This document shows positions 27,590-35,258 of a stretch of 40,668 bases of DNA, piece by piece. The number at the start of each line of letters is the position of its first letter. The first letter of the stretch is position 1. The stretch lies in IMG/VR virus record IMGVR_UViG_3300010362_000048, positions 1-40,668 of that record, one strand, 5' to 3'. The DNA comes from a virus. Its lineage: Duplodnaviria; Caudoviricetes. The notes under the pieces were generated by a model. The model did no database searches and was not told where the DNA came from. It saw only the letters and a program-made list of their open reading frames with translations. The translations under genes were made by a program, and so were the position numbers.

Positions 27590-29053
27590 TCACCCCATCC
27601 AGCTGTCGGCGCCGCTCGGCCCCAACCCGCGGGCCGCGGCGCGGTCCTTCTGTCGCTGCTCTTCCCGGCGCGCTTCCGCCGCCTTCTCCACCTCGGTCAG
27701 CTGCGCGCTGCCGAAGTTCAGCTCCAGATACTCGGCGGCGTTCTGCCCGTGTTCATACCAGCCGTCCTTGAAGGCCTGCCGCAGCTGCTTGCTGCCGACC
27801 GACACGACGTGTTCGCTCCACACGTAGCCGGCCTCGAAGCCGTCGGCGAGAAACGCCCACTCGTCGACGCCCTGCGCGGACAGGCGCAACCACTTCGCCC
27901 GGTCGCGCTCGATGCCGAAGGCCTCGCCCGTCGCCGTGCGGCGGCGCATGTAGGCGCCGAGCCGCTCAATCATCGCGAGGCGCACGTCGGGCGCGTTGCT
28001 GTTCGGTTTCCAGACGGGCGCGAAGCCGTACTGCTTGAGCACCTGCAGGCCGTTGAGGCGCACGCCCTGGCTGTTGTTGTGCGTGCCGGCCGGGTCGCAG
28101 CACGTGTGCAGCGCGACGATGCGCGGGAACCACTGCTGCCGGTACTGGAGCGCGAGCGGCGCGAAGTCTTCGAGGAACAGGTCCTGCCCGACGAGCCCGC
28201 CAAGGAACTCGATGCCGCCGGTCGCTGGAAACTGCGCCCACACGATCGCCGGATGATGCTTGCCGAAGTCGATCGCCTCGTAGAGCGGCAGGTGCGGATT
28301 GTAGGGACACGCGCGCACGTGCAGGGCGCGCTGGAAGTAGCCGGCGTAGACGGGCGTGCCGATCACGTTGAGCCCGCGCAGGCCGAGGAGCGCGCTGCGG
28401 TGCTTGGCGTGCCCCGGCGGATACAGCCGTTCGAGGTTGCGGATGGTCTCCAGCGCGAGGTTGTGCGCGTTGTCGTAGACCGAGAGCGAGTAGTACTTGC
28501 GGTCGGCGATGCGGTTGTCGGCCGGGAACTCGGTCTTGCTGAGCCAGTGATTTTCGTCGGCGGGGTTCGGCGAAAACAGCGCCTGCTGCGGCACGCCCAC
28601 CTGCGAGAGCCGGCAGGCCAGCTCCAAGAACACATCATGCGGCAGCTCCTCGGTCTGGTCGTTGTAGATGCCGCCGAGCGTGAGGCCGCGAAACTTGGCG
28701 TAGCGCGCCGCCTTGTCGACCGCCTTTAGGCCGAAGATGTAGATGCGCGTCCCGCCCGGCAGCTCGTCGCACAGTTCGCGACTGTTCCAGCGGTAGACGA
28801 CACCGGCGGCGGCGAGCACCTCGCGCCACATGGGCTTCAGGATCGTGCGCGTGTCGCGGTCGGAGTAGCGGCAGATCAGCCAATGCATCCCGGGATGCGC
28901 GTCGCACGTGCGCAGCACCTTCCAGAGGCACGCCGTGGTCTTGCCCGAGCGGAACGCGCCCTCCAGATCGATCAGCCTGGTCGGGTCGCGCATGAACGCG
29001 GCGATCGGCCCGCGCCAGCTCATGACGTGCGACGGCTCGACGGCCAGCGTCAT
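27590..29053 (-). CDS. terL: Terminase large subunit
   Basis: Walker A EGAFRSGKT, Walker B-like IYNDQTEE, SPNP....HWL and nuclease AIDFG..HPA / CDPAG. Confidence 0.92.
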   Translation of the reverse strand: MTLAVEPSHVMSWRGPIAAFMRDPTRLIDLEGAFRSGKTTACLWKVLRTCDAHPGMHWLICRYSDRDTRTILKPMWREVLAAAGVVYRWNSRELCDELPGGTRIYIFGLKAVDKAARYAKFRGLTLGGIYNDQTEELPHDVFLELACRLSQVGVPQQALFSPNPADENHWLSKTEFPADNRIADRKYYSLSVYDNAHNLALETIRNLERLYPPGHAKHRSALLGLRGLNVIGTPVYAGYFQRALHVRACPYNPHLPLYEAIDFGKHHPAIVWAQFPATGGIEFLGGLVGQDLFLEDFAPLALQYRQQWFPRIVALHTCCDPAGTHNNSQGVRLNGLQVLKQYGFAPVWKPNSNAPDVRLAMIERLGAYMRRRTATGEAFGIERDRAKWLRLSAQGVDEWAFLADGFEAGYVWSEHVVSVGSKQLRQAFKDGWYEHGQNAAEYLELNFGSAQLTEVEKAAEARREEQRQKDRAAARGLGPSGADSWMG

Positions 29054-29574
29054 CAGATCCCCGTCTTGTTGCTCGGCTGGTCGGCATCGGCATACTCGAA
29101 GATGACGCGGCGCACGCCCTCCTCGGGCGGTTTCGTCGTCTCCGGCAGCAGCACGCCGGTGCGCCGGCACACCGCGAGCACCGCCGGCAGCTTGTCGTGG
29201 AACTTGACCTTGCTCACGTACTCGACCTCGCCCTCGCCGAGGTTGCGCGTGACGACCTCGATCGAGGCGATGGCCGCCGCGGTGTCCGGGTCGAGCTGGT
29301 CGGGCCGCTTGAGGTTCGCGCCGTCGAAGATGGCGCGCGGGTCGGCGAACGCAATCCGCTTCAGCTCCAGCAGGCCGCGCGTGCCGCTGACTTCGGCCGC
29401 CTCGGCGATGCGCAGCTGGCGCTCGGCGATGGCCGCGCGGATCTCAGCATTTCTCAGCAGGCGATACGCTTCCTGATAGGCGCCGGCCTCGGCGTAGCCG
29501 GCCTTGATGGCGGCCTGCGTGCCGTTCCAGATGAGGCAGTATTCCTCGACGAAGCGGTGCTGGCGCGCGGTCAT
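29053..29574 (-). CDS. terS: Terminase small subunit
   Basis: RQHRFVEEYC...NGTQAAIKAGY.......A.RLL.N..I, EL.RIAF.D and K.KFHDK..A. Confidence 0.92.
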   Translation of the reverse strand: MTARQHRFVEEYCLIWNGTQAAIKAGYAEAGAYQEAYRLLRNAEIRAAIAERQLRIAEAAEVSGTRGLLELKRIAFADPRAIFDGANLKRPDQLDPDTAAAIASIEVVTRNLGEGEVEYVSKVKFHDKLPAVLAVCRRTGVLLPETTKPPEEGVRRVIFEYADADQPSNKTGI

Positions 29575-30014
29575 TGGTCGGGGTCCACGTCGGTCAAGCC
29601 GTCGGGCTCCTGTCCGCAGAGGGTCGCGATCAGCTCGCGTAGTCGCTGAGGCGGGACGTGGAGCCGGCGCGGCGGGGTTTGGTCGTCGCGAAGTCCCGCA
29701 GGGTTTTCCGCGGCAGCTCCGCCAGCCGGCGGTTGCGCGCGTAGAGGATCTCCGGGTGATGTTCCGCGATGGCGAACAACCGGCGCTGCTTCTCGGTGCG
29801 GGCGGGCATGGCGGCCTCCTGAGCTGAGCTGTTGTCTGATCCGGTCGAGGGCCTCGTCGGCGGCGACCCAGTAGCGTTTGAGCGGGTAGCCGTGCAGCCA
29901 CGCGCCGGTCACCGGGTCGCGGATGACCGGGCGGTCGGTGATGCCGGCCTGCGTGCAGTCGACACAGGCGCAAGGCGGGCTGGTGTGGTCGGCGACGCGC
30001 AGGAAGGTGCTCAT
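29571..30014 (-). CDS. Hypothetical protein (N-terminal CxCxxC), overlapped by a nested ORF
   Basis: 4-bp overlaps at both ends. The middle portion reads better in another frame. Confidence 0.5.
   Translation of the reverse strand: MSTFLRVADHTSPPCACVDCTQAGITDRPVIRDPVTGAWLHGYPLKRYWVAADEALDRIRQQLSSGGRHARPHREAAPVVRHRGTSPGDPLRAQPPAGGAAAENPAGLRDDQTPPRRLHVPPQRLRELIATLCGQEPDGLTDVDPDQ
29630..29809 (-). CDS. DUF3008-like small basic protein (59 aa, absent from ORF track)
   Basis: AGGAGG RBS; MPARTEKQRRLFAIAEHHPEILYARNRRLAELPRKTLRDFATTK... Confidence 0.7.
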   Translation of the reverse strand: MPARTEKQRRLFAIAEHHPEILYARNRRLAELPRKTLRDFATTKPRRAGSTSRLSDYAS

Positions 30015-30268
30015 AGGTCCCCTCGGCGATTCGGGACGCCGCGCTGCGTGTTCGCCTGCCAGCGCCGGTTCGCGGCGCGCAGCGCGTCAAACCGGGCCAG
30101 CGCCTCGGAGGTCGTTGGTTCCACGCTCACGCGTTGCACGACCATGCCGACATACGGTGCCGCGGCTTTCGCGACGGCTTCGGCTTCTGTGTCCGCCTGG
30201 CCGACCCACGTGCGCCCGTAGGCGTGCCACGTGGTCGAATGCGCGTCGAGCAGCACTTTGTAGATCAC
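30011..30268 (-). CDS. Hypothetical protein (85 aa)
   Basis: Coupled ORF. Confidence 0.6.
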   Translation of the reverse strand: MIYKVLLDAHSTTWHAYGRTWVGQADTEAEAVAKAAAPYVGMVVQRVSVEPTTSEALARFDALRAANRRWQANTQRGVPNRRGDL

Positions 30269-30879
30269 AAGGGCAACCAGTTCTGTTGTTGGGCATCAGC
30301 CGCCCAGCGCACGCCCTCGTCCATCCGGTCTCGCCAGCGCGAGAAGGCGCTGCCGTCGAAGGAGTCCACTCCGAGGCGCGCCGCTTCAAAGAGCGCCTTC
30401 CGGGTCGAGGCGCGGCCCATGTGAACCCAGACGCCGCGCGCTTTCGCACACCCGATGATGCCCCGCGCGATCGGGCCCCATTTCCATTCGGTCGAGCCAC
30501 CAATGAAGACGGCTGTTACCTCCGACCATGGAATGTCCGCCGGGGTCATGCCGTCCTGCGCGACCAGTGCGGGTCCAAACCCGACGCCACGGATCACCCG
30601 CGACCAGAACGGCCAGCGCGCGAGCGTGGCGTGTGCGTCCGCGACCACATCGGGTGCGGCGACGAAGCGACACCCCGGTGCGCCGTGGAAGTCTTCCAGC
30701 ATCTGCACAAACGCCGCGGCCTCGAACCCGGAATACGCCCCGTTATCCATCGCCCATTTGCCGGGCTGGAGTTGGAGCGTCTCGGGGCGGTTGCGCGCCG
30801 CCGGCACGACGAGCACGCCCACTTGGTTGCGGGTGTAGCGTTTGATGCTCTCCGTCGCGCCTGACACAAAGAGGATCAT
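30265..30879 (-). CDS. TGT/DpdA-like TIM-barrel DNA base-modification enzyme
   Basis: WAMDNGAYS, APDVVAD...TL, LVAQDG, FIGGSTEWK, WVHMGR and VDSFDGS. Confidence 0.7.
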   Translation of the reverse strand: MILFVSGATESIKRYTRNQVGVLVVPAARNRPETLQLQPGKWAMDNGAYSGFEAAAFVQMLEDFHGAPGCRFVAAPDVVADAHATLARWPFWSRVIRGVGFGPALVAQDGMTPADIPWSEVTAVFIGGSTEWKWGPIARGIIGCAKARGVWVHMGRASTRKALFEAARLGVDSFDGSAFSRWRDRMDEGVRWAADAQQQNWLPL

Positions 30880-31169
30880 GCGGAGGGCGCCTCCGTCGTG
30901 CCCTGCGTCAGCAGGAACGCGCCGAGCCGCATCAGCTCGGCGTGCAGGTCCTTGGGCGCCGGCCCCACCTCGACGCCGGCCTGCTCCAGCGTCGACACCA
31001 GTGTCGTGAGATACGCGTCCAAGGTGCGGACGAGCGCGAGCCCGCCTACCACGATCGGCTGCTCGTCGAGCACATCGATCAACCGCTCGGCGAGCGCGTC
31101 CGCCTCGCCGCGCAGCTGGCGGCAGGCCTCCCACGCCGCCGGCGTCAGCGGGTAGTACTCAACCTTCAT
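30876..31169 (-). CDS. Hypothetical protein (97 aa)
   Basis: GGAGG RBS; ATGA overlaps. Confidence 0.6.
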   Translation of the reverse strand: MKVEYYPLTPAAWEACRQLRGEADALAERLIDVLDEQPIVVGGLALVRTLDAYLTTLVSTLEQAGVEVGPAPKDLHAELMRLGAFLLTQGTTEAPSA

Positions 31170-31890
31170 GGGGCCTCCGCGGCGAGGATGCGGCGGGCGA
31201 GCCATTCGGCGAGCTGCGGGACGACGGCGTTCCCGAGCGTGCGCAGGCGGTCCATCCGATGGGGAACCCCATGAGCCACTCGACCCACGAGGGGTTCAAC
31301 GTCCCACCAGCCGCTGCGCTCAGCGTCGGGCCCTGGCGCGCGTAAACAGCGCGCGGCAGCTGGTCGGTGCGCGTCCGTGTCGAGCCGTCGGGGTTGGTCG
31401 CCGTCATCGCCATGCCCGGCGTGTCCTTCCAGTCCCGGGCGCTCGCGGTAGGCCAGAAGCCAGACCCGGTCTCGTCGGTGATTGGCGCCAATGGCGGACG
31501 CAGGTAGGCAATCCCACTCCGTGTCATACCCGCTCGCGGCCAAGTCCCCGAGCAGGTCTCCAAAGAACCGTCCAGCATCAGCTGAGAGCAGCCCTGCGAC
31601 GTTTTCAGCCACGACCCAGCGGGGTCGTAGCGCGCGAACACATCGGCGGAACTCGGGCCAGAGGTCGCGGGGGTCGGCGGCGCCCAGTCGTCGACCAATG
31701 AGGGCGTGCGGCTGACAGGGAAAGCCGCCGCAAACAACGTCAACTGGTTCGACGGCGGTCCAGTCCACGCCGCGCGCGTCGCCGTAGCGACGGACGTGGG
31801 GCCAGTGGTGGGCAAGGACGCGGGTGCAGTACGCGTCACGTTCAACCTGCCAGCGGACGGTGAACCCGGCCCGCTCAAAGCCGAGGTCAA
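31159..31890 (-). CDS. Overlapping-frame C5 methyltransferase beta chain (EcoHK31I-type); true start uncertain
   Basis: SWLKTS...TWPRAGM..SG.AY, WPTASARDWKD and motif IX-like LNPSWVEWLMGFPIGWT. Confidence 0.7.
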   Translation of the reverse strand: MTSALSGPGSPSAGRLNVTRTAPASLPTTGPTSVATATRAAWTGPPSNQLTLFAAAFPVSRTPSLVDDWAPPTPATSGPSSADVFARYDPAGSWLKTSQGCSQLMLDGSLETCSGTWPRAGMTRSGIAYLRPPLAPITDETGSGFWPTASARDWKDTPGMAMTATNPDGSTRTRTDQLPRAVYARQGPTLSAAAGGTLNPSWVEWLMGFPIGWTACARSGTPSSRSSPNGSPAASSPRRPHEG

Positions 31891-31927
31891 AGCCGCCGAT
31901 GCCGGCGAACAGGCTGCCGAGCGTCAC
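31166..31927 (-). CDS. C5 cytosine DNA methyltransferase, alpha chain
   Basis: Motif I FAGIGG, IV GGFPCQ, VI ENV, VIII HRRDRVW and X LGNAVVP. Motif IX is missing in this frame. Confidence 0.9.
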   Translation of the reverse strand: MTLGSLFAGIGGFDLGFERAGFTVRWQVERDAYCTRVLAHHWPHVRRYGDARGVDWTAVEPVDVVCGGFPCQPHALIGRRLGAADPRDLWPEFRRCVRALRPRWVVAENVAGLLSADAGRFFGDLLGDLAASGYDTEWDCLPASAIGANHRRDRVWLLAYRERPGLEGHAGHGDDGDQPRRLDTDAHRPAAARCLRAPGPDAERSGWWDVEPLVGRVAHGVPHRMDRLRTLGNAVVPQLAEWLARRILAAEAP

Positions 31928-31944
31928 GCCGGCATGGCTGCCCG

Positions 31945-32148
31945 TCAGGGGGCGTCGAGGCGGCGCAGCAGGCGGTCGAGCCGCGCCAGTCGAGTGAGAA
32001 CTTCGTGCAGCGCCAGCGCGAGCGCGCCGGCGTCGGCCGTCAGTTCGTCCAGTTCGTGGCGGACGTCACGCAGGAGACGCTCTGCGCGGTCCACGCGGGC
32101 CTGCAGCGCGCGATCGTCGGGCGCCGCGGCCATCGGGTCACCACTCAC
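31945..32148 (-). CDS. Small coiled-coil hypothetical protein
   Basis: GAGG RBS; heptad Leu pattern. Confidence 0.55.
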   Translation of the reverse strand: MSGDPMAAAPDDRALQARVDRAERLLRDVRHELDELTADAGALALALHEVLTRLARLDRLLRRLDAP

Positions 32149-32184
32149 ACGCGCCTCGCGCAGCGGGCAGCACTTTCGCCTCGC

Positions 32185-32200
32185 GGTTTCACGTGAAACA
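32185..32200. promoter_or_regulatory. parS (ParB-binding) site
   Basis: GGTTTCACGTGAAACA is a 15/16 match to the consensus TGTTTCACGTGAAACA. Confidence 0.8.
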
Positions 32201-32437
32201 GCTCACCAAGACGATGTGGTTGGGTGATGAAATGTGGGGTTTTGAGGGGTTTGGGTGAAAAAACGGCCCTAAATTGCTCAATGTTTTTGCATGGCGGGTT
32301 AAATTCTTCTAATCCGGCCATTAGCGACTCACGAGACCGCAACCGCCTGTCCCCGCAGGAGTTACCTACCACTCCCCTCGACCACCGAGAGGAGTGGGTG
32401 ACGGGTTGGGTGACGGTTGGGTGACGGAATCGCGGGA
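32201..32437. other. attP-like region with integrase arm-type repeats
   Basis: AT-richer gap downstream of int. GGGTGACGG x3 (32396, 32408, 32419) and TTGGGTGA x2 (32220, 32251) flank a central AT-rich core. Confidence 0.65.
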
Positions 32438-33733
32438 TCACGCGTCCTCCCGCCCGGCGACCGCGCGGGGTTTCGCCTGCGCGACCGTCCACGCCTTGGC
32501 GATGCGCGCCACGCGCTCGGTGTCGCGCCGGCTGTCGTCGAGGACATGCCGGTAGACCGTCTCGGTCGTCGAGATGTCCTTGTGGCCGAGCTGTCGGCTG
32601 ACCCATTCCAGATCCTCACCCGCCATCAACAGCACCGACGCGTAGGTGTGCCGGGTCGTGTGGAAGCTCGACGTCGTCGGCACGCCGGCGCGCTCGCAGA
32701 GCGGCTTCAGCACACGCTGCACGAAATGCCCGATCGAGACCCGGCCGAAGCGCGGCCCGACAAACACGAGCGACGGCAGCTTCAGGCCGCTGCGCAGCGC
32801 GCGCGCCCGCTCACTCGCGTCGTGCTTGGCGAGCACCGTCTGCACCTCGGGGTCCAGCCAGACCTTGCGCAGCTGTTTGCCCTTGGGCACGCGGACGCGC
32901 GAGGCGTCGAAGTCCTTCTCGGCGACGAGCCGCCGGCCGTGCGCCGTGTAGGTCTGGGGCACCTGATCGACATACTGGCGCTGGACGAGCAGATGGTCGG
33001 CGGTGCGGAAGTCCTTGTCGCGCCGCAGCTCGACGATCTCGCCTTTGCGCAGGCCGGTGCGCAGCGCGACGAAGAGCAGCGGATACCAGAACGGCTCGTC
33101 TCTCAGGCACGCCGCGAGCAGGCGGTCGACTTCGGCGGCCGTCCACGCGAGGTGGGGCTCGGTGACTTCGTGCTGGTCGTGCGCAAACTTCGTCAGCTTG
33201 TACATCGGGTTGAGGCCGGTGAGATACGGCCGCGCCTCGGGGTTATCGCGGCACCACGACAGGAAGGCCGAGAGCGCGGCGCAGATCGCCGTGCGCGTGC
33301 CCGCGGCGAGGCGGCCGCCGCCGTGCTTCTTTTTCTTCGTGAGCGCGCGCACAAACTCCTTGCAGCGCCCGCGGGTGAGCCCGGCCACGTCCTCGTCGCC
33401 CAGCGCCGGCAGGATGTGCTGCTCGAACTGAATCGCGTAGAACGTCGCGCTCGTCGAGACGACACCGCCGCCCGTCGCGGCGATGTCGGCGAGCCACTCG
33501 GGGTAGACGGCGCGCACGGTGCCGGCCGGCGCCATCGGGCCGGCGTCGCGCTTGTCGATCGGGCGGATGTCGTCGCCGTTCGCCACGCGCCGCGCGTACG
33601 CCTCGGCGTAGGTCTTGGTGAGCTGCTCGGTCGGATGCTCTTCGGTCCAGCGGCAGCCGCGCAGATTGAAGTAAATCCGCCAGCGGCCGCGGCCCTGGTC
33701 GAAGGTGTAGGAGATGCCTTTGGCGATGTGCAT
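32438..33733 (-). CDS. int: Tyrosine integrase
   Basis: TGLRKGEI (R), PKG (K), FHTTRHTYAS (HxxR), LGH and T..VY.H. Start set at MHIAKG after the RBS hairpin. Confidence 0.95.
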   Translation of the reverse strand: MHIAKGISYTFDQGRGRWRIYFNLRGCRWTEEHPTEQLTKTYAEAYARRVANGDDIRPIDKRDAGPMAPAGTVRAVYPEWLADIAATGGGVVSTSATFYAIQFEQHILPALGDEDVAGLTRGRCKEFVRALTKKKKHGGGRLAAGTRTAICAALSAFLSWCRDNPEARPYLTGLNPMYKLTKFAHDQHEVTEPHLAWTAAEVDRLLAACLRDEPFWYPLLFVALRTGLRKGEIVELRRDKDFRTADHLLVQRQYVDQVPQTYTAHGRRLVAEKDFDASRVRVPKGKQLRKVWLDPEVQTVLAKHDASERARALRSGLKLPSLVFVGPRFGRVSIGHFVQRVLKPLCERAGVPTTSSFHTTRHTYASVLLMAGEDLEWVSRQLGHKDISTTETVYRHVLDDSRRDTERVARIAKAWTVAQAKPRAVAGREDA

Positions 33734-33736
33734 GTC

Positions 33737-33786
33737 GGCCGCCTCCATCGCGGCAGACCCCAGTCTAGCACAATCCTAGGATTGTT
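33737..33786 (-). promoter_or_regulatory. Operator / extended -10 / RBS-hairpin cassette 3 (integrase promoter)
   Basis: ACAATCCTAGGATTGTG, TG-C-TAGACT and GCCGC-GATGGAG-GCGGC. Confidence 0.8.
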
Positions 33787-34076
33787 CATCGCTGCCCCGC
33801 AATGCGCGCATCAATGTCGGCTTCGACGTCGAGCGCCGGCCGTTCGACCCGGTAGTGGCGGGCCCACTCGTCGAACTCCGACCGCCGCACTTCGATCTTC
33901 GATCCAAACCGGTAGTGCGGCAACGGATGGACCGGGTCGGTCAGGTACATCTGCAGCTTCGAGAGCGAGAGCCCACTGTAGACGGCCAGCTCGCCGAGCG
34001 GCAGGTACGCGTCATCGAGCGGGACGGGCACGCGCTTGCGCGACGGGCGGATCTTCTCGATGCGGTCGTCAGTCAT
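33786..34076 (-). CDS. xis: Excisionase-like HTH protein
   Basis: YLPLGELAVYSGLS...L.......LPHYRFGSKI.VRRSEFDEW; adjacent to int. Confidence 0.8.
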   Translation of the reverse strand: MTDDRIEKIRPSRKRVPVPLDDAYLPLGELAVYSGLSLSKLQMYLTDPVHPLPHYRFGSKIEVRRSEFDEWARHYRVERPALDVEADIDARIAGQR

Positions 34077-34438
34077 TGCCGTGTGCCGCCCCGTTGTTGC
34101 GCGGTGTGCGCCGCCGCCATCAGCGCCTGTGCGACCGCCATCGCCTGTTCCGGCGGGAGCGCCAGCCAGCTGATCGTCGCGCCAAAGAGCAGCAGGACTA
34201 TGCCGCCCTCGGCCTTGATCCCGATCTGCAGGCCGCCCTCGTCGGCCGGATTCAGCTGCCCGGCCGGATACGTGCCGGTCGGGCCGAGCGTCCGCTGCAG
34301 CCGGCGTTTCAGCTCGCCGCGGATCACATCGAGCAGGCTCGGGTCCTCGGCGAAGGCCTCGAACACGTCGGGCGGCGGCGCCTTCAGAAACCAGCCAACC
34401 TGTGTGCCGGCCGCGGTCTGCTCAGTGCGATCGGGCAT
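34073..34438 (-). CDS. Hypothetical protein (121 aa)
   Basis: GAGG RBS; G.YP.GQLN..DEGGL.IGI. Confidence 0.65.
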   Translation of the reverse strand: MPDRTEQTAAGTQVGWFLKAPPPDVFEAFAEDPSLLDVIRGELKRRLQRTLGPTGTYPAGQLNPADEGGLQIGIKAEGGIVLLLFGATISWLALPPEQAMAVAQALMAAAHTAQQRGGTRQ

Positions 34439-34724
34439 GAGGGTCCTCGGGCTGATCATCAGCGATCGTTTCCACCACCGCCAGCATGTCTTCCGGCCGG
34501 CAGTCGGCGAGCGCCTCCAGCTTGCGCGCGTAGCGGTGCATCTCGTCCGCCATGGAGTCGGCCAGTTCCGGCGCCTGGCGGGCGCTGATGCAGATGTCCA
34601 CCAGCACCTGCGCGGCGACGGCGATGCCTTCATCGAGCCGCGCGTGTTCCTCCGCGAACACCTGCATCACCCCCACGCGCATCGCCTGCAGGCGGGCGCG
34701 CGCCTCAGCGGTCAGTCGGGGCAT
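34422..34724 (-). CDS. Hypothetical protein (100 aa)
   Basis: GGAGGAGG RBS; helical composition. Confidence 0.65.
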   Translation of the reverse strand: MPRLTAEARARLQAMRVGVMQVFAEEHARLDEGIAVAAQVLVDICISARQAPELADSMADEMHRYARKLEALADCRPEDMLAVVETIADDQPEDPHARSH

Positions 34725-35058
34725 GGGCCTCCTCCCTGAGCGCGCTGACGATCGCCCGGATCGAGTGACTCACGTCCACCCGCCGCGCCGTCGGTGCGTA
34801 GAGCCCGTGCTCGACCATACTCGTCCGCGTCCGTGCCAGTTCCACCGCGCGCGCGACGGTCACCTCGTCGTCGAGGCCGGGCAGTAGGTCCACCAGCGCC
34901 GGCCGTTTCCGCAACCATGCCACGCGCGCATCGAGCCGCTCGGGGCGACTGGTGCGGTCACGCGCGCCGGCTGGCACGGCACACGGCGACGCCGGGGCCG
35001 GGCCACCGTTTCCCAGCGCCGCCACCCGGCGCGCGTGACTGCCTGTGCCGCGGCTCAT
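34705..35058 (-). CDS. Hypothetical protein (117 aa)
   Basis: ATGA overlap with the upstream gene. Confidence 0.55.
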   Translation of the reverse strand: MSRGTGSHARRVAALGNGGPAPASPCAVPAGARDRTSRPERLDARVAWLRKRPALVDLLPGLDDEVTVARAVELARTRTSMVEHGLYAPTARRVDVSHSIRAIVSALREEAHAPTDR

Positions 35059-35255
35059 GCGCGCGTCCGCGGATACGGTTCGACGTCGAACGCCCGCACG
35101 TGGGCGGCCGACGCCGGATGTTGCTCCAGCTCGAAGCGCCGCTCCACGGCCGCCTTGTGCGACGGGAAGAGCGCGATCGTCGTGTGCGGGAGCGGGTCCT
35201 GCAGCCAGTTCTGTTTCCCGTCGCGCCACGTGATGCGGATGGCATAGCCCTTCAT
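35055..35255 (-). CDS. Hypothetical protein (66 aa)
   Basis: Compact ORF in the operon. Confidence 0.6.
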   Translation of the reverse strand: MKGYAIRITWRDGKQNWLQDPLPHTTIALFPSHKAAVERRFELEQHPASAAHVRAFDVEPYPRTRA

Positions 35256-35258
35256 GGT

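Noticed and set aside
32201-32360. tRNA gene in the attP gap
   Set aside because: No cloverleaf or T-loop GTTCGA is present; there is only a short anticodon-loop-like string.
32396-32427. Short repeats as a CRISPR array
   Set aside because: These are 9-bp units with 2-3 bp gaps, consistent with integrase arm sites. No CRISPR array or cas operon is seen, and the Cas4-like nuclease is a standard phage exonuclease.
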